From Octopus vulgaris (taxonomy: Eukaryota), in the NCBI GenBank assembly GCA_951406725.2, contig OX597824.1, positions 96,224,001-96,288,000 on the forward strand: a DNA stretch of 64,000 nucleotides, in the 5' to 3' direction. Shown one piece after another: positions 1 through 12,583 of the stretch (its first letter is position 1; each line of letters opens with the position of its first letter). A program made the position numbers and the translations under genes. The notes beneath the pieces were generated by a model. The model was not told the DNA's origin. It saw nothing but the letters and a program-made list of their open reading frames with translations, and searched no databases.

Positions 1-532
1 TCACTCTAAACATACACAGCCACAGCATCAAAATCGCAAAGCTAAGAGATAATACATGATTAATTTGAAAAGACCCAGCAAGTAAAGCGAAATCCCAGCC
101 GTAGCCTATACCAGTGTCACATAACCGGCCCATTTAAAAGCACCCTTGATGCATTAAGCGATACGCTGTGCTTGAGAAAACCTACTGAGTCAAGTAAAAT
201 CAAAATCAAATCAAGATTGAAATCAAAATGGAAATTGTAGTTGTGACCGATGCCAGTGCCACCTGACTGGCACTGTGCTGGTGGCACGGAATAAGCACCA
301 TTCAAGTGTGAGTCAATGCCAGTGCCACCTGACGGACTCCCATGCCGGGGGGCATGTAAAGGGATCCACTACACTCTCAGAGTGGTTGGTGTTAGGAAGG
401 GCACTGGATATACTGAGAGATCCTCTACAAGTCTCCCTCAAATCACAGTCTGCCATTTTAGAAAGGAATGAACATGTTGGATAATGTAGTCCTACATACA
501 TCTAAAATAATGAGTTGGAATGATATCTCATG

Positions 533-962
533 GGAAGGTTATCTGCTTGGAAGGGCATCTGTCTGGAACAGTACCTGGCTGGAAGGGCATCTGGTTTGAA
601 GGGCATCTGGTTTGAAGGGCATCTAGCTAGAAGGGCATCTAGCTGGAAGGGCATCTAGCTGGAAGGGCATCTAGCTAGAAGGGCATCTGGCTTGAAGGTC
701 ATCTAACTGGAAGGGCATCTGGTTTGAAGGGCATCTGGTTTGAAGGGCATCTGGCTTGAAGGGCATCTGGCTGGAAGGGCACCCAGCTGGAAGGTCATCT
801 GGCTTGAAGGGCATCTGGCTTGAAGGTCATCTAGCTGGAAGGTCATCTAGCTGGAAGGGCATCTGGCTTGAAGGTCATCTAGCTGAAAGGTCATCTAGCT
901 GGAAGGGCATCTGGCTTGAAGGTCATCTGGCTTGAAGGGCATCCAACTGGAAGGTCATCCAG
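533..962 (+). repeat. 16-bp minisatellite, about 27 units of GAAGGGCATCTRGCT(G/T)
   Basis: Directly visible tandem array; the unit equals the GGAAGGGCATCCAGCT motif of SINE family C. Confidence 0.95.
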
Positions 963-1649
963 TCATAGAAACTCTGCCTCAGTAAATTCCATCTGACCGT
1001 TGCAAGCATGGACAAGCGGATGTTAAAACAATGAGGATTTTCTGTAGAAAGGACCGGTAAAGTACTGATTGGAATTGATTCCTCTCACTCTTTGAGAACC
1101 AGTTATGTCGCACTGCTGGGGGAGGGGCATGGGGAGTGCTACGTGCAGAGTCTCCTTTTCCCCAAGAAATAGAAGAGGGTCAAGTCAAAGGCTAACAACT
1201 TCTTTGTGTCTAACATGCAACATGAAACTACTCAAAGAAACCAGAGAACCTGACTTGTGTGACGGTGGGGATCAACGTACAAAAAAGAAATCCAATAAAT
1301 TTAATGATATATAAAAGTGCAAGGAAAGAGAATTACTAAAATTTACACCCTTCATTTGTTTTGCAAATTTGAGAAGATAGAATAGCAGGTGTTCTGTAAT
1401 CTAATCTGTAGAATGATCACCTAGCAGGCGAGATACACGGTTCTAATTTTGTCAATGAACTCTTTGTTATTTTTATTTATTTATTTTCTATCTTAACCCA
1501 TTAGTGTTTAAACTGGTCATATCCGGCCCCAAATATTCTATCTGTTTTATGTTCAGACTGACCAGATGATTTAACCTCTCATACCTACCCTACAATGTCA
1601 TTCTAGAAATATACAAACACACCATTGAAATATATATATATATATATAA

Positions 1650-2053
1650 AGGCACCAGCCAATCATGACTGATGCCAGTCCCCCCTGACTGGCTCCTGTG
1701 CCGGTAGCACTTAAAAAGCACCCTCCAAATGTGTTCATTGCCAGACCTGCCTTACTGGCTCTGGTGCCACGTAAAAAGCACCAACTGATCATGACTGATG
1801 CCAGTACCCCCTGACTGGCCCCTGTGCTGGTGGCACATAAAAAGCACCATCCGAACGTGATCATTGCCAGGCCCGCCTTACTGGCTCCTTTGACATAAAA
1901 AGCATGCACTACACTCTTGGAGTGGTTGGCATTAGGAAGGGCATCCAGCTGTAGAAACATTGCCAGACCAGATTGGAGCCTGGTGCAGCCACTGGCTCTC
2001 CAAATCTCAGTTAAACTGTCCAACCCATGCCAGCATAGAAAACAAATGTTAAT

Positions 2054-2083
<30 letters not shown>
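1650..2083 (+). mobile_element. SINE-like family C (internal ~60-bp subrepeats, GGAAGGGCATCCAGCTGTAGAAA core, (GAT)n tail)
   Basis: Same structure at 6545-6968, 11236-12152, 26690-26870, 44830-45181, 46400-46655, 51520-51780, 57036-57204 and in reverse elsewhere; core resembles the MetaSINE central domain from memory. Confidence 0.8.
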
Positions 2084-2084
<1 letters not shown>

Positions 2085-2184
2085 AGGGAGATGAACATCA
2101 GTTGCATAAAACAGGTTTAAAAAATAAAGAATTGCCCTAGTTATATATAAAAAAAAAAGAAGTGATCTGTTTGCAACTGAAATG

Positions 2185-2590
2185 GCTGCGATCTCACTTT
2201 AGTTGCCGGGTCTTCTCAATCACAGCATATCTCCTAAGGTCTTGGTCTCCTGTCATTGCCTCTGTGAGGCCCAATGTTTGAAGGTCATGCTTCACCACCT
2301 AATCCCATGTCTTCCTGGGTTTACCTCTTCCACAGTTAAGGTGTGGCACTTCCTCACACAGCTGTCTTCATTCATACATAACACATGACCATACCAGTGC
2401 AGTTGTCTCTCGCACACCACATTTGATGCTTCTTATGTCCCAATTTTTCTCTAAGGGCGCTTACACTGACATTGCACATCCAGTGGATCATACAAGATTC
2501 ATTTCTTTCAAGCCTGCGCATGTCCTCAGCAGTCATGGCCCACGTTTCACTGCCATGTGGCATGGCAGTTTGCACACATGCATCATACAG
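2185..2590 (-). mobile_element. RTE-type LINE C-terminal fragment (pseudogenised)
   Basis: Translation HGSETWAMTAEDMRRLERNESCMIHWMCNVS matches the RTE post-RT YGSETW motif. Confidence 0.75.
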
Positions 2591-4173
2591 TTTTTGTTAT
2601 CTACATTCCAAAAATGGAGCTTTGTTTCTTTGTTAGAAACCAGCTCCTTCTTCAGCGGAAGAATTCAAATCAATAAAAACAGAAGAAACGGACAGACAAA
2701 CAACACACACATGAATGAAACCGTTAATCCATTTTTTTCCCTCTCCATGTTTTATTTCTTCATTCGTTTCTGTAGAAGAGTGGAGACTCAAAATGTCAAA
2801 GACTTTTGCATTTTTCCTGAGCAGCAAACTAATACACCTTGTGTGTTCTTTCCTCACTGGTTTCTATCTTCTGTTTTTGGTACAATCCTGAACTACACAC
2901 ACACGTAGGTTTGTATGTGTGTGTGTAATCTACTGACATTGTATATAAGTCTCTCTCGATATATATAGGTCTGTATGTATTTGAATGTGGAGAGTAATCT
3001 GTTGATGAACATATACAGTTCTGTATATGTGTGTGCTTGTGTATGAGTGAGGAGGGGTTATTCTGTTGATCTCCCACGATGTCTTCCCCCACCTCACTTT
3101 CTCTCCTCACCACCAATTCTTTTTATTAACATTTGAATACTTTTCTCTATTTCTTTATCCCCCCCCACTTCCATCCACAAGCCATTGGAAAACTGATTAA
3201 TAGCAGCGACCCCATCTAAGAATATCTGAAGAAGGAATTTTATTCCTTTACAATATATTTCTAAAAGACACAGAGACTTACTACAATGAAGGGATTATGC
3301 TTTTCCTTGGCCATATTGTGATGGAAATTATGGTTGTGTTTGTTAATCCCCTAAGTCACTCCTGATGAAAGGGGTCAAAGGACTGCTCATTGATCAAAGT
3401 TATTCCAGCCATAACTATCTTTTATTCAGGCAGACTATCTAGAATTACATTTCTAATGTGCCCTTCTTTTTCTATTAAGGCACAGATCAGACTGGAGCCT
3501 GGTGCAGCCTCCTGGCTTCCCAGACCCCGGTCAAACCGGCCAACCCATGCTAGCATGGAAAACGGACGTTAAACGATGATGATGATGATGATGTGTGGCT
3601 GTGTGGCTGTGTGGTTAAGAAGTTTGCTTCTCAGCCACAAGATTCCTGGTTCACCTCCACTGTGTGGCACCTTGGGCTAATGTTTTTTGCTATAGCCCTG
3701 AGTTGACCAAAGACTTGTGAGTGGATTTGGGAGACGGAAACTGAAAGAAGCCCATCATATATATTGTAAACGAATGTCTCTCCTTCATTTGCAATCTTCC
3801 ATGGAAACCTCACCTTACTTGGAAACAAGAGTTGGCAACAGGAAGAGCATCCTCAACAATATTCCATCCAACACATTCTAGCATAGGTAAGTGGTCATTA
3901 AATTGATGTGTGATTTCTAGCAAGACAGGTGACCATACAGGTGTTTTCTCCAGTGATATATAAAACCTAATTGTACAACATATAACACAGGGAAGCCTCT
4001 GTGTGGTCCCAACCTGCAAGAAATAGAAGCCAAACCTCCCTTAAATCACATTCTACCGTCTTAAAAGAAAAAGAGGGACACATTGTATATTTACTGCTTG
4101 AATATCAAGACTGGGTGGTCATAGATGGAACACCTTTGATCATAGGTGAGTTCAATTAAAACAGGCCTGTGAC

Positions 4174-4470
4174 TGAAGAAGAAGAAGAAGAAGAAGAAGG
4201 AAGAGAAGAAGGAGGAGGAGAAGGAGGAGGAGAAGGAGGAGGGGGAGGAGGAGGAGAAGAAGAAAGAGAAGGAGGAGAAGAAGAAAGAGAAGGAGGAGAA
4301 GAAAGAGGAGGAGAATAAGAAGAAAAAGAAGAAGGAGGAGAAGAAGAAAAGAAGGAGAAGAAGAAGAAGAAGAAGAAGAAGAAGAAGAAGAAGAAGAAGA
4401 AGAAGAAAGAGAAGAAGAAGAAGAAGAAGAAGAAGAAGAAGAAGAAGAAGAAGAAAGAGAAGAAGAAGAA
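4174..4470 (+). repeat. About 300-bp (GAA)n/(GGA)n polypurine microsatellite
   Basis: Directly visible; produces the spurious poly-L/F/S ORFs. Confidence 0.97.
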
Positions 4471-4539
4471 CAACAAATAGCAAAGTAATACAGTTCTACA
4501 GAGAAACACGTTCAATGTATTTGGTTTGTATTACAAGAT

Positions 4540-5370
4540 TTAAAACAGTTTGTCTGGGACTTTTAATTCATTGGTTCCTCTTAAGATCAAGACTGAAAAA
4601 AATAAAATCATTCAATAAATAAAATCAAAAACAAATTGGTAAAGTCTCGTTACCAATTAAGTATGACTGATATCAAAAAAAGTTTAAAACTTTAATTGAC
4701 AAGAATAAAGACTTGTTTTTGTTTTGTGTTGGTTTGTTTTTGCATGCATTTTTTTCTGAATTAGTGATGAGAGCAACACAGAGCCGGCCGATCCCTTGAT
4801 GAGAGTCACTTGAGGGAATCCATAATTGCCTCAAAGGATTTTGTTCAATGTTTTTTTATCTGGGTTTTTCTTTTGGGGGCTCTGTTACAGTGACCGGATC
4901 AGCTAGTGTTTAAGAGAAAGCAAACGGCTTTTTTTTTTCCTTTTTGGAAGAGCATGAATCATTAAAAAAAAAAAAAAAAAAAAGGGGGGTCTGGATAAGA
5001 AGTAACACAGGTGTGTGTGTATGAAAGTCCTCAGCAGAAAGTCAGAAAAATAAAGTTTTGGCACAAAATAAATAGTATTTAAAATATAACCTTTTTTTCC
5101 TTTCTTCTTCAATACATCATCATCATCATCATACATATTTACAAAATCTTATTTCCCAAGAATTCAAAAGATACACCATTGAATCTAAAGACCAAAGTCA
5201 ATGGAAGCTCCGCTCTAATAATACACATATATGTATATATACATTTACATATAAACGTATATATATAAATATATATACATTTTTTTACACATATGTATAC
5301 ATATATATATATGTGTATATATATGTATTTATAAATTTATATATAGTTATAGATATCATCATACATATTT
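4540..5370 (-). other. Probable KIF16B 3' UTR (end uncertain)
   Basis: AT-rich sequence after the stop codon; minus-strand ATTAAA at 4691-4696 and 4562-4567; a more distal AATAAA at 3122-3127. Confidence 0.45.
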
Positions 5371-5526
5371 TCAAGTAGTTCCGTGCTTTGTAGCTTCGAA
5401 AAGTCCCTTTTTATAAAAGGGGTCAAAGTCACAGAGAGTCTGCTTGGAAAGGAATTCGTTGTTGGACGGATTAATGGGACATGATGGAATCTTCATAAGA
5501 ATTTCCAGAAGGCTCCGTAAATAAAA
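5371..5526 (-). CDS. KIF16B: KIF16B terminal coding exon
   Basis: cag|FYLRSLLEILMKIPSCP...FYKKGLFEATKHGTT then TGA at 5373-5371. Confidence 0.95.
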   Translation of the reverse strand, partial: FYLRSLLEILMKIPSCPINPSNNEFLSKQTLCDFDPFYKKGLFEATKHGTT

Positions 5527-5818
5527 CTGAAACGACAAAAGAGAAAGAAGATATTTCAAATCTGAATGTGTTTGTTTACAGCATTTAAATAATGGTTTCA
5601 AATTTTGGCACAAGGCCAGCAATTTCAGGAGAGAGGGTTGTTAATTGATTACATTGGACCCCAGAGCTCAATCAGTACTTATTTTATTGACCCTGAAAGG
5701 ATAAAAGGCAAAACTGACCATGACAGGATTTGAACCCAGAATGTAAAGACAGATGACATGCTGCTGAGCATTTTGCGCAGCATGCTAACGATTTTGCCAA
5801 ATTGTCTCCTTATATTGT

Positions 5819-6048
5819 TTAAGCCTTTTGTTACTATATTTATTTTGAGATGTTCTGTGTTTCTTTCAATTGATTGTAAATATAACAAAGAATTTAATAA
5901 AATAACTTATTTATCATTCAGCTGGTTTTAGGAACATACATTGTGACTAAGGTTTGGTGGAAGATTTTAATTCAGAACTTATGAAAACAAGACATTTGTA
6001 CTACAGAATCAGAGCCGGTTTCAACTGGGTTGGTATCGAAAGAGTTAA
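5819..6048. mobile_element. piggyBac-like TTAA-flanked MITE
   Basis: TTAA-gccttttgttac ... gtatcgaaagag-TTAA; the same family at 56358-56586 has cleaner TIRs; partial copies at 6085-6180 and ~22557. Confidence 0.65.
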
Positions 6049-6230
6049 ACAGATACAAAATAATAAAAAATTCTTCCATATTTTTGTTGAGATGTTCTGT
6101 GTTTCTTTCAATTAATTTTAAATAGAACAAAGAATTTAGTAAAATAACTTCGTTATCATTAAGCTAGTGTTAGGAACATTTCTGCCAGCTTGCGGCTTTG
6201 TTTTAAAAGAAGAATAAATAATTCACTTAC

Positions 6231-6311
6231 TTCCAACTGGTACCGTCTTTCAGAAACAACTTTTTCTGAGCGACTAAACAATTTCTTAGGAGGAAATATC
6301 AGCGATCCCAC
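6231..6311 (-). CDS. KIF16B: KIF16B exon, PX domain PPK loop
   Basis: tag|...|gtaagt; 81 nt, phase 0-0; VGSLIFPPKKLFSRSEKVVSERRYQLE. Confidence 0.95.
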
Positions 6312-6544
6312 CTAGAAGGAAAAAACGAAATACATAAAACATAAAAATTTATTTCATCATTAAAAAGATTTGAATTGTTTGTTGTTGCCGAAGAAATTGC
6401 ATTCCTTGATACCATATTTATTTTTACACAATTACTACAAGGTTTCAGAGGTATTTAATAAATGAATAAAGCAAATTTTAATATTTCACAAAGAATTAAG
6501 TAATATTTTTACAGAATGATCTATGAATTCGTACAACCATAAGA

Positions 6545-6968
6545 GCACCATCCGAGCGTGATCGTTGCCAGAGCAGCTAACTGGCTTCCGTGCTGGTGGC
6601 ACATAAGAGGCACCATTCGAGCGTGATCGTTACCAGCGTCGCCTTACTGGCACATGAATAAAACATTCGAGCGACGTCGTAGCCAGTGCCACTGGACTGG
6701 CTCCTGTGCAGGTGGCACACAAAAAACACCATTTTGATTGTGGCCGTTGCCAGTACCGCTTGACTGGCCCGCGTGCCGGTGGCATGTAAAAGCACCCACT
6801 ACACTCTCTGAGTGGTTGGCATGAGGAAGGGCATCCAGCTGTAGAAACTCTGCCAGATCAGATTGGAGTCTGGTGCAGCCATCTGGTTCGCCAGTCCTCA
6901 GTCAAATCTTCCAACCCATGCTAGCATGGAAAGCGGACGTTAAACGATGATGATGATGATGATGATGA
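6545..6968 (+). mobile_element. SINE-like family C copy
   Basis: Subrepeat array, core and (GAT)n tail. Confidence 0.85.
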
Positions 6969-9844
6969 TTTAATCCACTGTAACAGGGAGGTGGACTTGT
7001 TTAAGTAAGGAAACAAGGGTGGCCATCATATCCAGGATGCTATAAAGTAAAAGTTTTAGTGGTGTAGATAGCATGTACAACCACAGAGTTTGCGTCCTTA
7101 ATAAAGCCTACACAGGTTTGTGCAGCACACCCAAAAGGCAACCCTGAAACCTATAAAAGGGTTACACAGCAGACCTTAAAGCGGCAAACCCTATAAAAGT
7201 GCTGCTTGGAGAATCCCCTTCCTCAGTTACATACTGACAAGTCTGTAATGTTTTTTTATGTTTCCAGACCCCTAACGGATTTTCCAGTACATCCCTACAC
7301 CTCCTTCACAAGATTGATGACATCATAAGCATCCCTAGTCCTACCAGGTGGGTGCTAATAAGATCTTAAGCATCACCAGTCCTACCAGGCAGATGCCAGC
7401 AGGACTTGAAACTACATCAAACAAGACAACAGATTGATTTTCTTTTACATATAAATAATGAGAAGCGGCAAGAAAGAAGAGCATAAAAGATTCTATGGTG
7501 TTTATAGAAAACAATACAAGAGATTGAATGCCTTGTCCACTTCATTCAGGCTTTGATTCTGATATCACTGTACAACAGCTTAATGAACATAAAAACAAAG
7601 CTGTCACTACAAAAGCAGCTGTGTCAATAAATTGACAGAGAGAACAGGGAACAGAGAGGGAAGACAAACAGAACTGAATACTGTTTGCTATTATTAAGAT
7701 TCATCTCTCGGCTGTTTCTGCCACTTTGCTCTGAATCCTATTTTGATATCATTGAAATGCTTTCAGTGTTCATCTTTTGTAAGTTGATCTATAAATAGAG
7801 GTAAACAATCAACGTGCTAATGGGAACCTTGCTATTGGATTATTATTATTATTAGCCGAAAATCTATAATCAGAGTGAAACAATGATCAAATATGAATGA
7901 GTGATCTGATGGAAAAGAATGGATGAATGTTTGATTAAGTCAAATGGGAAAAAAAAAAAGTCTATTTGTGTAAATCACAGATGATACATAGAGAGAAAAG
8001 AGAGAGAGAGCAGAGGGGAGAGAGGGAGAAGCAAGACAACCTGGTAAGTTACATAGAGAAGAACAATAGCTTATTATTCTCCACATGCATAAACATTCAT
8101 AGATATCTGTGTGTGTGTGTGTGTGTGTGCACCTTTTTAGGTAATGGGGAATGTATGTATATAAACTATGAGGATCAATAAAGCCTTAAGCTGTGTAAGA
8201 GTTAGATTCTGCTCCAGCTGTCAATTCATTGAAAAAAATATCCAGAGTGATAAGTGTATAAATATGTAATGAGATTTTTAGTTAAGGTAATTCAGCGTTG
8301 GAAACAAAAGTACCCATTGATGCTGAAAGTGAGTCAATGAGATATGAGAAGGTGGCTTTGAAACAAAAACCCGTTCAACTGTGACAAGCACAGCGGCTAC
8401 ACACAGAAAGGAAATTAAATACATTTATAAAAACTACACTCTCGTTCATAAACACTGTGTCGCTAAAAACCTTCAAATGCAGAGCAAATGCTCGCTCGGC
8501 CCGCGGATCATCATCAATGATTTTTCCTTTTCATAGTGACTGCATACTTCTAACATGGCCAACACAGCATCCAAATGTTTCGCTGTCTTTTTTCCAGAGC
8601 TGAAAAGTACTTCTGCTCTGCTGCAAGGCACATACACAGATCACAGCAGAACACACCTCACATATCAGAGATGGCACAGCTGCTAATATATATACAGTCT
8701 AAACCACGTATGCAAACTTTCACGTAACACTGTAATTACTAGTCTACTGATATACAGCATTCTCTCTCTTTCCATTGAAGTACAGCTCTCTCTCTCCCCC
8801 TCTCTCGCTCTCCCTCTCTCTCCATCCATTGATATACAGCACTCTCCTTCTCTCTCTCTCGCTGTGTCATCTACTGCAACTACACTGGCTACTGTTCCTC
8901 TGATCTGTCATTGTTTAAAACTCCAGTACACTTGGTCCCCTCTCCCTTTGTTTCCTTGACAGTTTCCTTACCCCCTCCCCTCAAACTTCTCACTAAACAC
9001 ATTTCCCCGTTTATTGTTCTAGAACTGCAACCCTCCCTAATACACTGCTTGTCTACATTTTCCCCTTCAGACATCAACCATTAAACGTACAGCTTGTATC
9101 AAGAGAGATTAGCTGAGTGTTACATGCCCTGTCAAACATATGCAGGAGAAACAACCGCACTGGTATGAAACATGTGTACAAGAGATGAAAATGGACAAAG
9201 AACTCTTAAACGGAAACTTGCTCAGTGCTGACAGAAGACGCACAGACTAGAAGACAACCAAGGCTGACGGGATGGGTGGAGGGAGCGAAGTAGTAAGGTC
9301 AGATCTCAGAAATGTTGAGTCCTGCAGGCAAGATAAACAATAATAAACTAGTCGTTTAGCACCAGATTGGCTCAGATCAAGCAGCTCCGTGATCAAAGAC
9401 GCTCCAGGCATGATCATCCCATCTTTGTTCAGACAGTGCATCAAAGACCGCAATGTCCAACATGTATTTCGTTTTAAGACCCTATGTATGAGGTGAGGGA
9501 AATTTGGCTGTTATTTTTAGCAGGTTTAGCCAAGGTTCCCTTGCAGGCTTCACAATAATATGTGATGTAGAGTAGAGAGATGATTTGTATCATCCATACT
9601 AAGCATGTAAAAACATGAAGAAAAAAAAGAATCATTCAAATTATTATTTTTTTTATACTTTAGCCCTCAAGGTGAGAGTGATATGACAGTAACTGGGGAG
9701 AGGGGGGTCAGAAATGAGACATACTAAGATGTGCTTTCATAATCTAGGGTAAGGATTCAGAAAGGGAAAGGTATAGATAAGTTAGGCAGATAGGGACAGG
9801 CTGGCATGTGTGTGTGTGTGTCTCTCTCTCTCTCTCTTTAACCT

Positions 9845-10475
9845 CTACTCTTTTACTTGTTTCAGTCATTTGACTGCGGCCATGCTGGAGCACAGCCTTT
9901 AGTCGAGTAAATTGACCCCAGGACTTATTCTTTGTAAGCCTAGTACTTATTCTATCGGTCTCTTTTGCTGAACCGCTAAGTTATGGGGACGTAAACACAA
10001 AAACATTGGTTGTCAAGCGATGTTGGGTGGGGACAAACACAGACACACAAACATATACACACACACATACATATGCATACAGACACACACACACACACAC
10101 ACACATACACACACATACACACGATGGGCTGCGGTCATGCTGGAGCACCGCCTTTTTAGTCGGGCAAATCGACCCCAGGACTTATTCTTTGGCAGCCTAG
10201 TACTTATTCTATCGGTCTCTTTAGCTGAACCGCTAAGTGAAGGGGACGTAAACACACCAGCATCAGTTGTCAAGCGATGTTGGGGGTAACAAACACAAAC
10301 ACACAAACACACACATACACATATATACGACAGGCTTCTTTCAGTTTCCGTCTACCAAATCCACTCACAAGGCTTTGGTTGGCCCGAGGCTATAGTAGAA
10401 GACACTTACCCAGGGTGCCACGCAGTGGGACTGAACCTGGAACCATGTGGTTGGTAAGGAAGCGACTTACCACAC
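9845..10475 (-). mobile_element. tRNA-derived SINE family A, partially duplicated
   Basis: Two 3' halves and one head separated by (CA)n. Confidence 0.8.
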
Positions 10476-11235
10476 ATACATCTTACTTACATTTTTAGCA
10501 CTTTCTTCCTTTACGGGATTTATCAAAAAATGGTTCAAATTTAGATTTCTTGACCTTTTTATAAAGAATTTTCTGGGGTTTACCAAGCAAGGGAGAAGAA
10601 AGAAGAAAAAAAATTTTTGAGAAGGAGTGGGCGGTAAAGAGGTGTGGCTTTTGTATGGTCAGACTTGTTTGTTTAATACTTAGTGGCCTTCTAAGGTGGG
10701 GGAGGAAAAAGAAGAGAAAGGAAAAAGAATATTTGCATTTGAATTGGTCAAGGTTTTAATTGAAAAACCAGATGTTGTTGTTTGACTTTCTTAGTAAAAG
10801 CTGTAATTGCAGTAGGATGTGGTTAACTATTTTGCTTGAAATTCTAGATGTTTTCAAAAGAGTGATTTTTTTCTAGTTCACTATACACAGAAATTATATA
10901 TATACATATATATATATACATACATACACATATACAATACACTCCACCATGCAAACATACATATACACACATAAATACATACACACATATATATATATGG
11001 TTACATACATACATGCACAAAGACATCTATATATATATATACACATAAATATACAGAAAAACAAAAGACAAAACAGGTGTATAAACAAGCAGGTGTATTA
11101 GTCTGACACTCCTGAAAGTGAGAAAGTCTTTTATGTTTTGAGCCTATGCTCTTCAACAGAAAGTTATAAGAGAAAATAAACAAAGAGAGAATAAAAAACT
11201 TATATGTGTGTATGTGTATTTATATATATATATAT

Positions 11236-12152
11236 TGTGACACTTGTGAAGACCTGTTGAGGCAAGTGAAAATCAAAATCAAAACAAATCAAAATAGATG
11301 AACATCAATGGAATCTGTATCTTTGTGGTACCAGTGCCGGTGGCACACACTTTGTGGTACCAGTGCCGGTGGCACACAAGAGAACCATCCGAACGTGGCC
11401 GTAGCCAGTTCCGCATCGACCGGCCTCCGTGCTGTGGGCACGTAACAAACACCATCCGATCATGGCCGTTCGCCAGCCTCATCTGGCACCTGTGTCGGTG
11501 GCACTGGCACACAAGAAATCCATCAGTGCTGTAGTCAGTGCGGTGGGCACATGACAAACACCATCCGATCGTGGCCGTTCGCCAGCCTCATCTATATGTA
11601 CCTGTATGTATTTATGGTGGCACATAAAAACACCATCCGAAGACCAGTGGTTCAAGACTAGTCAGGCCATAACCCCCTGGCCCCTACCTGGGACGTAGTC
11701 AGTCCACCTGTGCATACCTTCCTTCTTGTGACACTTGTGAGAGACCTGTTGAGGCAAGTGCAAATTTCAAAACAACTGTAATCACAAATAATCAATGGAA
11801 TTTGTATCTTTGTGGTACCAACCGTGGCCGTAGCCAGTAATTAACCCAGCCTCATCTGGCACCTGTGTCGGTGGCACATAAAAACACCATCCGATGGCGT
11901 CTGCCAGCCTCGTCTGGCAGTTGTCGGTGGCACATAAAAAACACCATCCGAGCGTGGCCGTCCCTCGTCACATAAAATCACCCACTACACTCTCGGAGTG
12001 GTTGGCGTTAGGAAGGGCATCCAGCTGTAGAAACACTGCCAGATCTGACTGGACTGGTGCAGCTTTCGGGCTCCCAGACCCCAGTTGAACCGTCCAACCC
12101 ATGCTAGCATGGAAAGCGGACGTTAAATGATGATGATGATGATGATGATGAT
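11236..12152 (+). mobile_element. Long family C element inserted in a (TA)n tract
   Basis: Flanked by (TA)n on both sides; internal duplication (11236 vs 11728); (GAT)n tail. Confidence 0.75.
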
Positions 12153-12583
12153 ATATATATATATATCAAAATGTAACCACATGTGAATCCTTGGTGATTT
12201 TCATCCTCTGTCTTCCCTTCTATTGAATATTCCAATCCGAAATGGCAAGGTTTCTACAGCTGGATGCCCTTCCTAATGCCAATCACTCTGAGAATGTAGT
12301 GGGTGCTTTTTACGTGCCACCGGCATGGGAGTCATTCAGGTGGCACTGGCATCAACCATGCTCAAATGCTGCTTTTTACATACCAGTGGTAAGGGAGCCA
12401 GTCAAGCAGCACTGGCATTGACCATGCTTGAATGGTGCTTTCTATGTGCCACTAGCACAGGTGCCAGTCAGGCAGAACTGGCATTGACCACCTCTCTCTC
12501 TCTCCCTTTCTCTCTCTCTATATATATGTATGTATGTATTTATGTGTGTATGTTTCTATGAGTACATGGGCTATCATGGTAGC

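Noticed and set aside
1650-1910. CRISPR-like repeat/spacer appearance of GGTGGCACRTAAAAAGCACC units
   Set aside because: The apparent spacers are homologous to each other, the arrays sit inside a dispersed SINE-like family, no cas genes are present and the DNA is eukaryotic.
4091-4515. Poly-L/F/S ORFs
   Set aside because: Translation of a GAA/GGA microsatellite.
5355-5373. TGA read-through or selenocysteine extension of KIF16B
   Set aside because: The C-terminus ends where KIF16B normally ends, another TGA follows four codons later, and no SECIS is evident.
8430-8520. Box C (TGATGA) on the minus strand as an intronic snoRNA
   Set aside because: No CTGA box D at a suitable distance and no terminal stem.
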